Below are positions 45,441 to 57,971 of a stretch of 64,000 nucleotides of DNA, piece by piece. The translations under genes were made by a program, and so were the position numbers. Source of the stretch: Trichoplax sp. H2 (lineage: Eukaryota); the NCBI GenBank assembly GCA_003344405.1, contig NOWV01000083.1:170119-234118 (forward strand). Direction: 5' to 3'. How positions within the stretch are numbered: the stretch's first letter is position 1; each line of letters opens with the position of its first letter. The notes under the pieces were generated by a model. It did no database searches. It saw only the letters and a list, made by a program, of their open reading frames with translations, and was not told where the DNA came from.

Positions 45441-45562
45441 TTAGATTCAACGTATCCGACTAATAATGATGCCATAGATCTTATAACTGATGCGAACGTG
45501 ACTGATATTGTAAAAGTTCTAAAGGATAGAGGACCTCTGGCAGCTGTTGAACGTTTACTAAG
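45441..45562 (+). CDS. HNF1: HNF1 exon 2 (linker and start of the POU-specific domain).
   Basis: The acceptor is ttttatattacag| and the donor is AG|GTAAAG. The product is LDSTYPTNNDAIDLITDANVTDIVKVLKDRGPLAAVERLL. This corresponds to HNF1B [26 protein letters not shown]. The acceptor choice is moderately uncertain because the frame is open upstream. Confidence 0.6.
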
Positions 45563-46549
45563 GTAAAGCGATATAATATTTTTATGCTCCAAGCTGATAA
45601 TGAAACACCTTTTTCCGGTATAGGCACGGCAGAACGTACAGTAATTCGACTTATGTAATCGTGAGATAATTTGTAAGCTCTCTAATTTAAATACGCGTTC
45701 TATTATGTACAATAATACTATTGTAATCACCCCGACCGTTTCGATTGTAATTATCGCTCTGTCCCTAACCATTGCACCACTTCAATATTTTGCACAGTGT
45801 TGTTCTAGTCAGCTCTCAAGTTTTTATTCGGTATCGAAAATTATACGGTACAGTTATGCGGTATTCCGAACGCTTGTTGATGAAGTTGTATTGCTTCAAT
45901 TATCAGTTATAACGAAGAGCATACTTAATAACAGCTATTGTCTTATTAGATATGCTAGAAACTACATTTCTAGTTAAATCTTACTTTTTTAGGGAATCTA
46001 CATTTTTAAAATCATTGTACATATTAAATTGGAACAAATATCTTTCTGTTATGACATTTAAATAATGGAGAGTTATTAAATACGAAAGTGCACAACTATA
46101 ACCAAAATTAACCTGTATTATATAGCTGCTTTCTATCTTCTGATAGCTAGTAAGGCATTACATAGAGATAAATCCTTAAAAGTTTTGATTCTTCATATCA
46201 ACGAAATTTAACCATTCATATCAGTATTTATTGCACTCAGCTAAAAATTTAGTTGAAACTCAGGTTACTGTGTATCAGTTATCCTATAATGATCTAAATT
46301 TTATGCTATCTGCCCACTGCCTAATTTCGATTGTAAGTAAATATGATAACGGTATTATTTGAGTGTGCCTTGGTGTTGTTGTTTTATTAGTTATACTGTA
46401 CTTACTTCTGTGATAGTATTAGCATGTGATTTTCAATAATCTGCTCTACATTAGCTGTTAAGGCTAAAAGCCAGTTTTTATACTGACTTAAAATATATCA
46501 TACTTCAGCAGGGATTGACAAAAATACAATGTTTAATTACAATTTACAG

Positions 46550-46749
46550 TAGTGACCCATACAAAGTTGCCAAAATGATCAAGACTTTTATGCAGCAGCA
46601 TAGCGTATCTCAGCGTGAAGTCGTTGAATCTACATCGCTGAATCAAAGTCATTTATCACAACATCTAAACAGAGGTACAGCAATGAAAACACGTAAAAGA
46701 TCTGCGCTTTACTTGTGGTATGTGAAGAGAATTATGTTACTACAAAGAC
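46550..46749 (+). CDS. HNF1: HNF1 exon 3 (POU-specific domain).
   Basis: [61 protein letters not shown] matches HNF1[62 protein letters not shown]. The acceptor is aatttacag| and the donor is C|GTAAGT. Confidence 0.9.
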
Positions 46750-46875
46750 GTAAGTTACTATTACACTTTACTTTTTGATATTCTCTCATTTTGGCTTCTA
46801 TTTCTATTCATATAGTTTAGTTTTGTATATATCTGTATGGTAATGAATTGTCTATCTTTATAAAATCGTTAATAG

Positions 46876-47211
46876 ACGAAAGCGATATAGAAGATGATAC
46901 TACAGTAAACTTAACTATAGATGATCTACCGAGTAGCCCTCCTTCCCCCAAGCGACAACGCCGTAGTCGATTTAAATGGGGTTCAGCTAGCAAACGTATT
47001 TTATATGATTCCTATGCTAACAATACAAATCCTTCAAAGGAGGAACGTGATATGTTAGTTGATGCTTGCAATCATGCTGAGTGTGTTCAACGCGGCTTGC
47101 TGCCAAATCATGAGAGTGCTTTAGGTTCTAGCTTGGTTACTGAAGTTCGGGTATACAATTGGTTTGCCAACCGCCGCAAGGAGGATACTTTCAAGATAAA
47201 ATATCGTAATA
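46876..47211 (+). CDS. HNF1: HNF1 exon 4 (atypical homeodomain).
   Basis: [81 protein letters not shown] matches HNF1 [78 protein letters not shown]. The acceptor is gttaatag| and the donor is A|GTAAGT. Confidence 0.9.
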
Positions 47212-47323
47212 GTAAGTATGAAGAATATAATAATAATTCTCCAAACCATACTTTCAAATAGAAATACTAGCGAACATGATTTATTTGACGTTACTAAATA
47301 TTTTACTTTGTGTGATTAATTAG

Positions 47324-47922
47324 ACCCAACTAGTCTTAACCCTTCGATGGAATCGACTCATCTAGATAACAACACTACCGACGGTTCTACGCTTTTAGAG
47401 TGTAACGGAGGTAGTGCAGTTACCCAGCAATTACAGGGGTTGACTGGTTCTCCTACTGGTACTTCTTGCGCGCTTTCAATGAGTCGTATTCCTCCAAGGG
47501 GTAGAAATTTAGTCAGTATGAGCATACCAGAACAAAATCTTGCAACTTCCGATTTTATGCAAGTTTCTCAGAATAACACGAAAAGAAACGATACTGATAT
47601 ACAGCCTAACAGCTCAAATATGCAGCAAGTAATGCTGCCTGGAATATCACATTTTAGATTAAATATAAGGAAGAACGACTTATCAATTAATCAAACTGAA
47701 GGATCTGAAGCTATTATTACTGCTTCTAATCTTGCCACCGCAATTAATAATCGCCAATTGAATACATTATCGAGTATTAAATCACAAGTTAACAACGAAC
47801 AGTTACGGCAAGGATGTTTACCTGAAGAAAGTCAGCCTTTGTTCGAAACTAGTAACAACCCTAGTTTACCAGTGTTATCTCAGTCTCAAATGCCACATTT
47901 AAATAGTATTTCTCATTGAATA
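47324..47922 (+). CDS. HNF1: HNF1 exon 5, encoding a low-complexity S/T/N/Q-rich transactivation-like C-terminus, with stop.
   Basis: The acceptor ttaattag| is in phase with the exon 4 donor. It is a 199-codon open frame rich in S/N/Q/T, as is typical of HNF1 C-termini. The stop TGA is at 47920-47922. Additional downstream exons cannot be excluded. Confidence 0.6.
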
Positions 47923-50523
47923 GTCCAGCTACCGTATTGACTTAATTATAACATAACGGTCACGTGCATCATAATTTTTATTTAAATTAACTTTGTCAAG
48001 ATAGTTTACTTAAAGGAAACAAATCTGGCAAAATTTCTGCATATCTGTATGATGCATCATTTTTTTTAAGTTTAATTTACTATTTGTGAATGATTTAAGC
48101 AGAAACTGATCAAACCGAATTTTAATACTTTAATGCTGGTGTTATTGTACTGTTAGATATAATATTATTAAATTTTTGAAAGAAAATTTGTTATACTTGT
48201 ATCATGACCACAGAAATTTTATGCAAACTATTCATCAGAGAAATATAGATTTTACTATCATAAATATGGAAATACAACGTTAAAAATCTGATTAGTAATT
48301 AATACTATTTGTCAGATTATATTCTGCCTCTATGTCAATGTTGTACACTGTTATAAATCAAATATGTTGCCTGTTTTTAAGAAGGAAACAATAGAGATAA
48401 ATTTTGCTTAAGTTCACCTTCAAATATTTTCTATTGCAACTCTAAAAATTTAGTCAAGAAATTCTTTCTTTTTACTATGTTCTCTATCACAGTGTTATCT
48501 GTCTGATTAAAATCTTTGAGCTGTTACAGTTTTTTTTAATTAGGCGCATTACCAGGAGATTCTGATGTATGATTTGATTCTTGCGATGAAATTTGACAAT
48601 TGCCCCTAAAGCTTAATTTTTATCTTACATATTGAAGCAATGGTCAGTAAGATGATACGTTTAACTGATTAATTCAACGATTGGTTTGTAGACATAATAG
48701 CATTTTTGATGAACTAAAGGATGGCTCTGTTGTGGCATCCATTGGCAATATTGAATCCTGTCACAATTGTATATGTATTACAATCTTTCTATAATTTATA
48801 GTATCAATTTCGAACTTTATTAAGTCATATTCAGTAATAATAATAATTGATCCGAAAAGTACTTTGAAATTATTTATGCTTTGATCAGTAGCGCATATTT
48901 ACAAAATAACTTTTAATATTTTATTATCAATATTTGAATTGTATAATATAAGTAAGAAGCATAGATCATATGCGAAGACATTGATCCACCTGGGTCCGCA
49001 GTTATCCCTTCCTGTATACCTTCCGGTATTTTATACTCTACGCTATCGGTTATAAATTACCGACCTTGACGTTGCATTGGCCATAAGCAGAAAGATTATA
49101 CTGTAGTTATGAGTATAAAAATATATAGTGCTATGTTTATGGTATCCTGTATTCAACTGCGACGCAATTAGGGTACTGCCCATCGCATTCGTTGTGATTG
49201 ATGCATAATAATATGTGGTTATGTTTGAATTAAGATTTCTATCGTCTTTTACCGTCGTATAAAACAATATTGTCGATACGATTTGTTCTCTATACTTTTA
49301 ATTTCAGCAAAGAAAACAAGCTTGATTTAGTCCATGTTATTTATTACAACCGACCTATTTGTAATTTCTACTAAGTTACAAATGTAGCTTCTTATTTAAT
49401 TATTCTATGCAATGATTAGCACTGAGCTATTAGTAAAGCATAAATGAGTAAGTTGTACTGTATTACATTGGTATTAAACTGTCAAAAAATGTATAGTTAT
49501 GTTTTTTTATTATACAGAACTGTTTTATGAAGTATTAAAAAGTATATTCAAGAAATTTCCATTAAAAATAATTTTACCCTATCGTGAATTGCAGATGATA
49601 ATACGCTAATTAAATGTCGATAAGTACAGTACTTAGTACTATTTATGAGTGGTTTAGTTATTGTACGTAACTGTTGTAGTATAAATCATCCGGAAGCCTA
49701 TGGAGGCCCTACATCTATAATAAAAAAATAATTTTAAGACTCATACTGTGGTAGCATTCATTACGGGGTATAGCACGACATAAAATTCAAGTACGACGAG
49801 CAAATACATAAATGATTATGAATACAGTACATAGAGTACGTTCACGCTGTATTTTATAGTTCATCTGCGGGACAGCTATCAGATTGGGATATGAAATTTA
49901 GATTCGAAAATTTACATTAATTTATAGCCTAAACTGTGTCTTTGTATTATACCGTTTATAATTTAATCTTAGAATATCGAGCTTTAAATCGAGTCACACG
50001 GAACTAAAAATTATAAAGAAGTCAAACGTAAGTTTAGTGCTTAGCATCACCGTATGATCGCTATCGTTTTAAAAATGTATAACACAGATTACAGTATAAG
50101 AGATACGTTACAACATTCATCAGCAATCAAGATTTAAACATCTATTGCGATAATACTTTAATGGAGAGGTATGCTTTAAGCAATATAACTTACTTTATTT
50201 CAATGATTTACTAAATAGTTCAAAGAACATTAATTTTACAGTCCGTTCACATAGATCTCATTTAAATATTTTAATTTAGTGTGAATAATATTACTGTTCG
50301 AATATTGATTATCACATAGCTAAATAATGCCTTGTAGACAGCTCTAGCACTATCTCATCCACCCTGATTTATCTATTAAATTTACATTATTAAATATTAA
50401 AATGAAGTGCATGTATGAGTAGTATTCTGGAACAACCTTTAAATACGTAACGTAACCTGCAATTACATAAGCATCCGAGATGAATTAGTTAAAATCCTTA
50501 ACTGTCTCGTCTTTACTTAGAGA

Positions 50524-50758
50524 TCACTTTTCTAATAAAGATAGTTCTAACGCAACACGCAATTCCTCTTCCTCTTTAATACGTCTACTACTATCTTCAT
50601 TAGCTACTTGAGTAGATAGCTGCATAGCCATTTTCAATTGATCGTCGAAATTGTTAGCTGTGACAAAAGTATCCATTACTGGGTCAGCCATTTCTGGATC
50701 TTGAACATTAACATTAGCATCGTTGGTTCGAGTAGCTCGAAGACTCTCTTCAATTGCC
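50524..50758 (-). CDS. ANKRD13: ANKRD13-family gene, terminal exon (two UIM motifs, with stop).
   Basis: The acceptor is gataacag|. The product is (G)AIEESLRATRTND...DDQLKMAMQLSTQVANEDSSRRIKEEEELRVALELSLLEK*, with UIM consensus e-e-x-L-x-x-A-x-x-x-S. The stop TGA is at 50524-50526. Confidence 0.8.
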
Positions 50759-51007
50759 CTGTTATCAATACATTACAACGGTAATTAAGTTAGATATAGG
50801 TGTCTAACAGGTATCTTTCATCAAGATTAAAAAGAATAGAATATTACCATGATAATTCAGCATCATTGTTTTCGTTCATTTCATACCGATACGGTCTATA
50901 TACAAACTCATCTCCTATTGCCTGTTATAAGTCCGGATAAAATGACTACTGAGGAAATACTAATTGGATCAGACGAGTAGCTACATAGTAGATTTATTGA
51001 TAGTAAG

Positions 51008-51355
51008 TTATTTATAAATACGGTAGTTGTTTACACTAACTGTAGTTTCTGAGCTTTCTTCTAATTGCCGATCGCTTAAGCTTTTCTGCAAAGCATATTG
51101 CAATAGCATATCTTCCTCATCAGCTCCGAAGTTATTGCTTTCTCTTTGCAGTACTTTAGAGTAACTGCTCGGAATGTCAAAGCAAGAATCATCAATTAAA
51201 TAGTTCTTTTGCTTAACGTCATCGGTAGTGTCTAGCTTAGCTTCCAACGGAGATAGTCCTTGGACGGCCTCGTTTTCGCCGTTCAGGTTCGCGAAAGTTA
51301 TGCGCGCATTAAGGATATGATACAGAGGGATTTCTGTTTTAAATATCAATAACAT
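51008..51355 (-). CDS. ANKRD13: ANKRD13-family exon-containing segment (conserved C-terminal core and first UIM).
   Basis: TEIPLYHILNARITFANLNG matches ANKRD13A EIPLFHVLNARITFGNVNG. It also has the UIM ADEEDMLLQYALQKSLSD. The 3' boundary is not resolved; a candidate donor is ACA|GTTAGT. Confidence 0.7.
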   Translation of the reverse strand: MLLIFKTEIPLYHILNARITFANLNGENEAVQGLSPLEAKLDTTDDVKQKNYLIDDSCFDIPSSYSKVLQRESNNFGADEEDMLLQYALQKSLSDRQLEESSETTVSVNNYRIYK

Positions 51356-51643
51356 GAAGAGTTAACTTTCAGAAACATTCCACTTTGTTGTTCTAGGAAA
51401 ATGGACTTTTAAACTAATTAATATTACATATTAACTATAATTGGGATATATAAGAATTCTTATAATTACCAATCTTGATAGGAAATCCAGATGGAAGTTG
51501 CATAGAGATAAAATCGCGTAATTTTTGAAAGTGAGGATTACTGATTGCCTGTTATAATTAATCGAAATGGACATGATAATCCATAGTTGAAGATCTTAAA
51601 GGAATTTCATATGAAGGTAGTATTTAATTTTATGTTAAAGATT

Positions 51644-51826
51644 TTAAAGATTACAGACTGTCAGAATTGTAATAAATGTTAGGTTTACCATCAAATTTAT
51701 AATTGGTAACACTTGCTCTTGTAATGATAAATAATAGTCATCACAAAGCCATAAAGATGCTTTAAGTCGCTGTTCTTTTACAGACATCTCCTTTGGACGA
51801 CCAATATCTAGGGAGAAATTGACCAA
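51644..51826 (-). CDS. ANKRD13: ANKRD13-family exon-containing segment.
   Basis: [41 protein letters not shown] matches ANKRD13A [41 protein letters not shown]. Confidence 0.75.
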   Translation of the reverse strand: MVNFSLDIGRPKEMSVKEQRLKASLWLCDDYYLSLQEQVLPIINLMVNLTFITILTVCNL

Positions 51827-52688
51827 GATTTTTACGTACTAATACATTGACAAGAAGTGCGGTTACAGTGAATCAACGAGTAACGATATTTACATAAGAC
51901 TTTCTATATAGGGTGGACATGGGAATAAAATGAGATTTAAGCTAATGAACCTTGCTTTTTAGTTTCTTCTGTAGGGTAAAAATAATCTTGAGATGATAAC
52001 GATTTCAGATCCGCCTGTTCGATTTCAGAACTATCCTCTCGTTTATCTTGCTGACAGATATCAGCATTAGACAATTACTGTTACTAAGTGTATGGTCTAT
52101 ATACATTGTGTATGCGTATGCAGCACATATTTTGAATAGAAATCATGATTCAATTAAATTAGCTTATTCCAAACCTGAATCGTTTCCGGAACTGCATCAG
52201 TCTTATCTTTCTCGTTCGAGTGTTGTTCAATGGCACCCATCAAGGAATGAAAAAACGATCGACCTTATACAACCAGAATTAATAAAACATTCGAGTTTAC
52301 CTTTCCTTGCGACTTGACGAATATCTATTATTGCCTTGACAAGTAATAAGAAGCAAACCTTCAGTTTTATTGCGTTCTTTATCTTCTTCAGAAAGGTGTT
52401 CATATCGGGTCCTAGCGATAACGACTACGTTTGAAACATTGTATACCTATCAAATGATACAAAAATTAACTTTGTATTTATGCAATCCAATATCTTGATG
52501 CTAAAATATACTAATAAGAGACAATACTCGTATGATAAAACAATTAAAATATTAGGCTAATATTAGAAATCAGTATCACTACATTATGCATAGCGATAAC
52601 TTTTATTGAATTTACACGAAAAACATCTTACTTTAATTGTGTCATGCCTGGCGTATGTATACTTTATTCTATAGCAAAAGATACTTAC

Positions 52689-52780
52689 TTTTGCTTCATA
52701 ATTGTTAACAGCTTCAGTTCTGTCCGTTCTCCATCCCCAAATTCCACTTTTTTGCCTATTGAATGTGTTTTTCAGATATG
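52689..52780 (-). CDS. ANKRD13: ANKRD13-family exon.
   Basis: The acceptor is tattatag| and the donor is AAA|GTAAGT. The product [30 protein letters not shown] matches ANKRD13A [28 protein letters not shown]. Confidence 0.8.
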
Positions 52781-54069
52781 CTATAATATTCCATGACAGA
52801 TTCAACATACAGTAATAGCCTAGTTACCTTGAGAATTCAATGTTATCAATATTGATGATAGTAGATGTGACAGGCATCCTCAATCGTTCAAATACTAGCT
52901 CCGATGAGGGTTCCGAACCTAAACGTCTACCAATTTCGCTATAATTGAAATAATTCCAAAATTTTAAAATTCAGATTATTATATTTAGGAAAATCAAAAA
53001 CATCCTAAAAGGCATACGTACTCAAGACTGATTGTTTCCGAACAAGCTTTACGCTTTTCATGATCTACTTCTATGATTTCAGCACCATTATCTGTCAAAA
53101 ATGCATTATTATTATCTGAGATAATACTATCGATTAGTATTCGTGATTTACTGTAAATAATTCTCTCCAACTGGTCACAGTTCCTTTATAAAAATGATGA
53201 TACACTTCTGTAAGATAATGTCAAACAAACTCACCAGCGGCTTTAAAAATAATACTTCTATTTCCTGTTTTACCAATATTTTCGTCTAGGCTTAGCAACG
53301 TTGTATCTACTCGAAGAAACGCACCTGGAAAGAATACAATTAGGTACTATTGTTACATTATTAAGGAAAAACTGATAAACCAGATACTAATTAGATCTTT
53401 AGATCTGTTACAAACACAAAAACATGATCAATTTGTAATCAGAGTCTGCGCATGAATAGTACGAATATAAGAACAACTTTCGCGGTCTAACGTATCAGTA
53501 ACAAGTGACCATTTGTTTTAGGTAGATCGCTGTCTTTGCATGATAGTACCTTTTTTCCAAATCTTGCATACATCGTTTGGAAAGGCTCTAGAAATCAGGG
53601 GAACTAAAATTAATAGATACTGTTAAGTATCAGTATAATACTTGTTTGCATAACTTTTATCTACTATATAAATAAAGATCATATTCAACTGACTCCAACT
53701 TGTAAATTCCCATTTCATCTCAATATAAAAATCTCTGGTCTAATTTAAATTAAAAGCAACTGTAAATATAATGATTAATTCGGTCTAATATAGTATGAAA
53801 GTAGATAAAACTATAAACATAATACTTACAGTCTGCAACATATCTAGTAACTCTGGGATTGCAGCTACCCTACTAGAAATTTGTTGTCGATCACGGTACT
53901 TAAGCACCATTTTCAAGATATTGGGTTTACCCAGACAAACCGCTTCTTGTAGTGCTAACGTAAAGAAACGATAATTGTGCTGAATTACTGGTCCTTTTAA
54001 ATAGTCAATTAAGACTAGATAATATCTGTTTCTGTGCTATTATATTATGACTGCAATATTACATATTAC

Positions 54070-54205
54070 CCGTCCATTTCATAGCATTGAGGGCACTGGC
54101 GCTACAATTAGCTTCGAGTAATACGCGCACGCAATCTTCATGACCTAATGCAATTGCAAGATGTAATGGTGTTCGCCCATGTTTGTCGAGTTTTTCATGT
54201 TCATG
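54070..54205 (-). CDS. ANKRD13: ANKRD13-family exon 2 (ankyrin repeat).
   Basis: The acceptor is ggtcattag| and the donor is G|GTAATA. The product HEHEKLDKHGRTPLHLAIALGHEDCVRVLLEANCSASALNAMKWT matches ANKRD13A [44 protein letters not shown]. Confidence 0.85.
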
Positions 54206-55059
54206 CTAATGACCAAAACAAATAAGAAAAACGTTGACTTAATTAAATATTCTTATGCACGTACAATACTGTACTGTATAGTATACATTATATATATACT
54301 TATACAGCATGTCAATTTTGTAAAATTAATTGATTACAATACAAATTCTGCATGGTGCAGACTGCTGAGTGACTTTAGCACCAAGTCTGCACGCCATTAC
54401 GTCATTCCTTGAAAATACAAGCATACGTACAGTATAATATTTTCACATTTTTACAATACTGTACAGTACAGTACAGTACGGCTCAGTTCAGCACCAAAAA
54501 ATGGCAGCAAACACTGCCTAAAATTTTTATGTAGAGAAGCAGAAATTGCGGCTTACAGTAGGTTTATCATGTAATATAATGATAGACTTCTTTCTGAACT
54601 TAAGTAATATAATAATGTTAGTTCATCTTTCTTACAATTTAAAAATTATATCATAAGGACTGATTGTACTGTACTAGTGTATAGAATTATTAACTAGAAA
54701 TTAAATTGGACTACACTAATCGTACAGTCAAAATTTAGACATGTTTTTACTTTGCAAATTTACATAGAAATGAACTCGGATGAAAATCATACTGTAATAA
54801 AATCAGTTTAGCAGTATAAAAAATGCTAGATCCAAGGAAGGAGGATCCTTAATAAAAGTTTATGGTTGTGCTACAGCTGTGTATATTAGTAGCAAATAGA
54901 ACAGTCAGTAGCTGTGAACGTATCATTTATCAGCTAACGATAAAGATAAATGTAGTACTGTCCAGTACTGTAAAGCGTACTGTCCCGTACTACTCGTACG
55001 TCTACTAAGGGTATTTGAATATTGTGTACTATATTTACTGTACTGTATTAACTACTAAC

Positions 55060-55161
55060 CTCTCCTTTGCATAACATTTCTTGTAATTCAGCTACACGAT
55101 TATTCCAAATGAGCCAATGTAATGGGAATTCCTTACTGGCCTTTTCACAGTTTTGAGCCAT
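55060..55161 (-). CDS. ANKRD13: ANKRD13-family exon 1 (start codon).
   Basis: MAQNCEKASKEFPLHWLIWNNRVAELQEMLCKGE matches ANKRD13A [32 protein letters not shown]. The donor is GAG|GTTAGT. Confidence 0.8.
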
Positions 55162-55486
55162 CAGTGATGACGCCGGTGGGTCAGATTCTGGAGATGTACA
55201 CACACTAATACGCTATTACTATATACTATAAATAATAATAAACACTCTAATATTTGGGCTCGTATCTTTACAGGATAGTACTGATTTACAATAAACGATC
55301 ATAATCTTAATTATCAGTTAATAATGTCATTCTACAGATACATAATGATATCCATGCTGTCTGCTATAGCGTAACTGGATGATATTTGGAGTGTTTAAGG
55401 AGAAATCTCTAACATCAGAGCAAGGGATGAACTTGAAAAAAATTTGTGAATGTCAAACTGCGGAATACTTTGTGAATGGTCAAACT

Positions 55487-55960
55487 GCGGAATACTGTAC
55501 AGTGTACAGTACAATACTAACTACAGTACATACTGTACACTGTACAGTACAGTACTGAAAAAAGCATTCGCTATCATCGTCATCGACGGTAGCCACGATA
55601 CGACAGTCTCACTCGTTGCAGTTTGTATGAGTCACAGTATGCCTTTTGCCTACCCGTTACGGTACTCTTGTTCGGCGTGCAGATTACTACGGTGGCCCAT
55701 TACTGTACAGATTGCTGTACAGTACAGTGTACAGTACAACAAGTACAATACTGTACTGTAAGTTGTACAATAAATACAATACAATGTACTGTACAATGTA
55801 CAGTGTACAGTACAGTACTCGATATGGCTACCTGATCCTTGCTTGGATCATCATAGCGTAAAAAACCTACAGTACTGTACTGAGTACACCTGAAATTTCT
55901 ATTAGCGTGATTAATTATTGTACTGTACAGTGTACTGTACACTGTAGAAGAGCACCGGTG
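55487..55960. repeat. Large interrupted (TACTG)n/(CAGTA)n palindromic microsatellite block in the ANKRD13/POLR1C divergent intergenic region.
   Basis: Tracts lie at about 55487-55560 and 55700-55960, for example gtacagtacagtgtacagtacaacaagtacaatactgtactgtaag. The ORFs 55450-56047 on both strands are repeat translations (YSTVQYCTV...). Confidence 0.9.
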
Positions 55961-56548
55961 GTAAAGTAAGATCCATAAAATTACAATTTCATCAATACAA
56001 GTTCTAATGATAATACGGTGACTTTTATCTGATAGACTTGAAATCATCGAAGTCTAAGATTTTAAAACTGTTTCAGCTGCATACTGCAGTAAATAAACCT
56101 GGTCCAGTCGAACTGTGCAGAACACATACTGTACTGTATAAAGGCACAATTTTTGTTAATAAACTGGCCAGTACGGATGCCGAATCAACTTTAAGTTCAT
56201 AGTCTTTACTTACTATATACTGCATGTGGTATGGCTACGCAAACAGCTCAGCTCCGGACTCGTGTTCAATTGGAAGAATACCAAGTTAAAAATGTTAGAT
56301 ACTGAACTTATATATCAAAGTGTTAATTAAGATCATCTTTGTATCTGGAACTACGTGTATTAATAGATTTCCTGTAATTTATTACGCCTCTCATTACTTG
56401 TTACCGTTATTTCACTTTCTACTTATAACGTGTATAGTTCTTGTAACACATACATTATATGCGAATGTAGTAATGGCAATGCATACCAGAATGCAATGAT
56501 TTCTAGTTTACAAATGCTCAATAATAATTTACAGATAGCAAGAAATAA

Positions 56549-56572
56549 ATGGTAGATGTCAATGAATTCAGA
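56549..56572 (+). CDS. POLR1C: POLR1C/RPAC1 (RNA polymerase I/III subunit AC40) putative exon 1 (ATG).
   Basis: ATG GTA GAT GTC AAT GAA TTC AGA followed by |GTAGTT (phase 0) gives MVDVNEFR, which joins in frame to THTVDFPG. The alternative 5' structure cannot be excluded. Confidence 0.4.
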
Positions 56573-56693
56573 GTAGTTTACATCTTGTTCCGACGAACCT
56601 TATCATTCGATTGTAGTGGTTAGCTTACACATTTAGAGTATTATATAAATTAAATAATCTACTTATTTGATTTAACGGATGCCAATTTTCTAG

Positions 56694-56765
56694 ACACACA
56701 CCGTTGATTTTCCCGGTGCATTTCACGGTTATGACGATGCCTGGAGTCTCAATAGCTTTAGAAAG
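56694..56765 (+). CDS. POLR1C: POLR1C exon 2.
   Basis: THTVDFPGAFHGYDDAWSLNSFRK matches human [25 protein letters not shown]. The acceptor is ttttctag| and the donor is AAG|GTCCGT. Confidence 0.85.
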
Positions 56766-56980
56766 GTCCGTATCAATAAATAATTTTGATGAAAACTTCT
56801 AGCCAAATCGTATGCATATGCGTTCTACAAACTAATAAGAATCCTATTTACGTTACTTTACTGAAATTATTATTTCAGATAGTTTGTCAGTTAAAGTTCT
56901 CATCAGTTATATACAGTGTAACTATGAATATATATATGTGTATATAATTACGTATTATTATTAACTATTATTATAATTAG

Positions 56981-57088
56981 AACTTCAAGATTGAAATCAT
57001 AAAGGTAGACAATGAAGAAATGGAATTTGACATGATAGGCATTGATGCATCGATTGCCAATGCTTATAGAAGAATTATGCTTTCTGAG
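56981..57088 (+). CDS. POLR1C: POLR1C exon 3.
   Basis: NFKIEIIKVDNEEMEFDMIGIDASIANAYRRIMLSE matches human [36 protein letters not shown]. The acceptor is ataattag| and the donor is GAG|GTAGTT. Confidence 0.9.
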
Positions 57089-57215
57089 GTAGTTACATAC
57101 GTACATGTTTCAAAAGTAACTTAATCTCACTGTACCCCAAGATAATCTTAAAATCTAGCTTCTATACTGAACAAAATAAATTGCTTTAGAGCTCTAAATC
57201 ATACCTTTATATTAG

Positions 57216-57278
57216 GTTCCCGCAATGGCAATAGAAAAGGTCGTTATCCATAATAATACATCAATTATACAAGATGAG
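57216..57278 (+). CDS. POLR1C: POLR1C exon 4.
   Basis: VPAMAIEKVVIHNNTSIIQDE matches human [21 protein letters not shown]. The donor is GAG|GTATAA. Confidence 0.9.
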
Positions 57279-57496
57279 GTATAACGCTCTCAATTCTTCA
57301 TTTTTGGCATGTTCTGTGATTAGATGAAATGTGTTTACAAAAAAGCGATTCGTGTCACAAAAGTGTAATAATAAAATTTTGTAAAATTTACATCTAATAT
57401 AATTCGTCATCACATGGCATTGTATGCAGCGAATTTATAATGTTTATAAACATCATGTTGTATAACAATTTCTGAATATTTGTTTCAATCTTTAAG

Positions 57497-57566
57497 GTAT
57501 TAGCCCATAGATTAGGTCTGATTCCTATCGCAGCTGATCCAAAGCTATTTGATGACTTTAATCCAG
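57497..57566 (+). CDS. POLR1C: POLR1C exon 5.
   Basis: [23 protein letters not shown] matches human [23 protein letters not shown]. The donor is G|GTACAA. Confidence 0.9.
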
Positions 57567-57971
57567 GTACAATAAATTAGTAAAAATAAATTCTACAGTT
57601 CAGACTATTTCTATTTAGGTTAAAATATATTAATTAACTAATCAATATCAACGGCAGTCCTTCATACTGCACCCATTATCGTATTGGGCGTGATAGTAAT
57701 TCAAATTGAAACTTTAATTATTGTTCTAAGACACGAATTGGATATTGATATCTATTTGATATTCTTTTTTGGCAAGTCTTACATATGAAGATCTATCAAT
57801 TAATACCTATACCATCCTTTCAGTGAAAATAACAAAAATTATTACTTGAATGTATTCAATGCCTATGCACTTAGTTACTACCATATAGAGCATTCATAGG
57901 TTAATAGCATACTTTGTAATATGGCTTCTGAGTAATGATTAAGGTTTATTAATAGTGTTTATATATTTCAG

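Noticed and set aside
45392-45772. Minus-strand 126-aa ORF inside the HNF1 locus.
   Set aside because: It overlaps HNF1 exon 2 on the opposite strand and extends into the intron. No homology was recognised, so it is likely fortuitous in AT-rich sequence. It is kept only as a note under the HNF1 finding.
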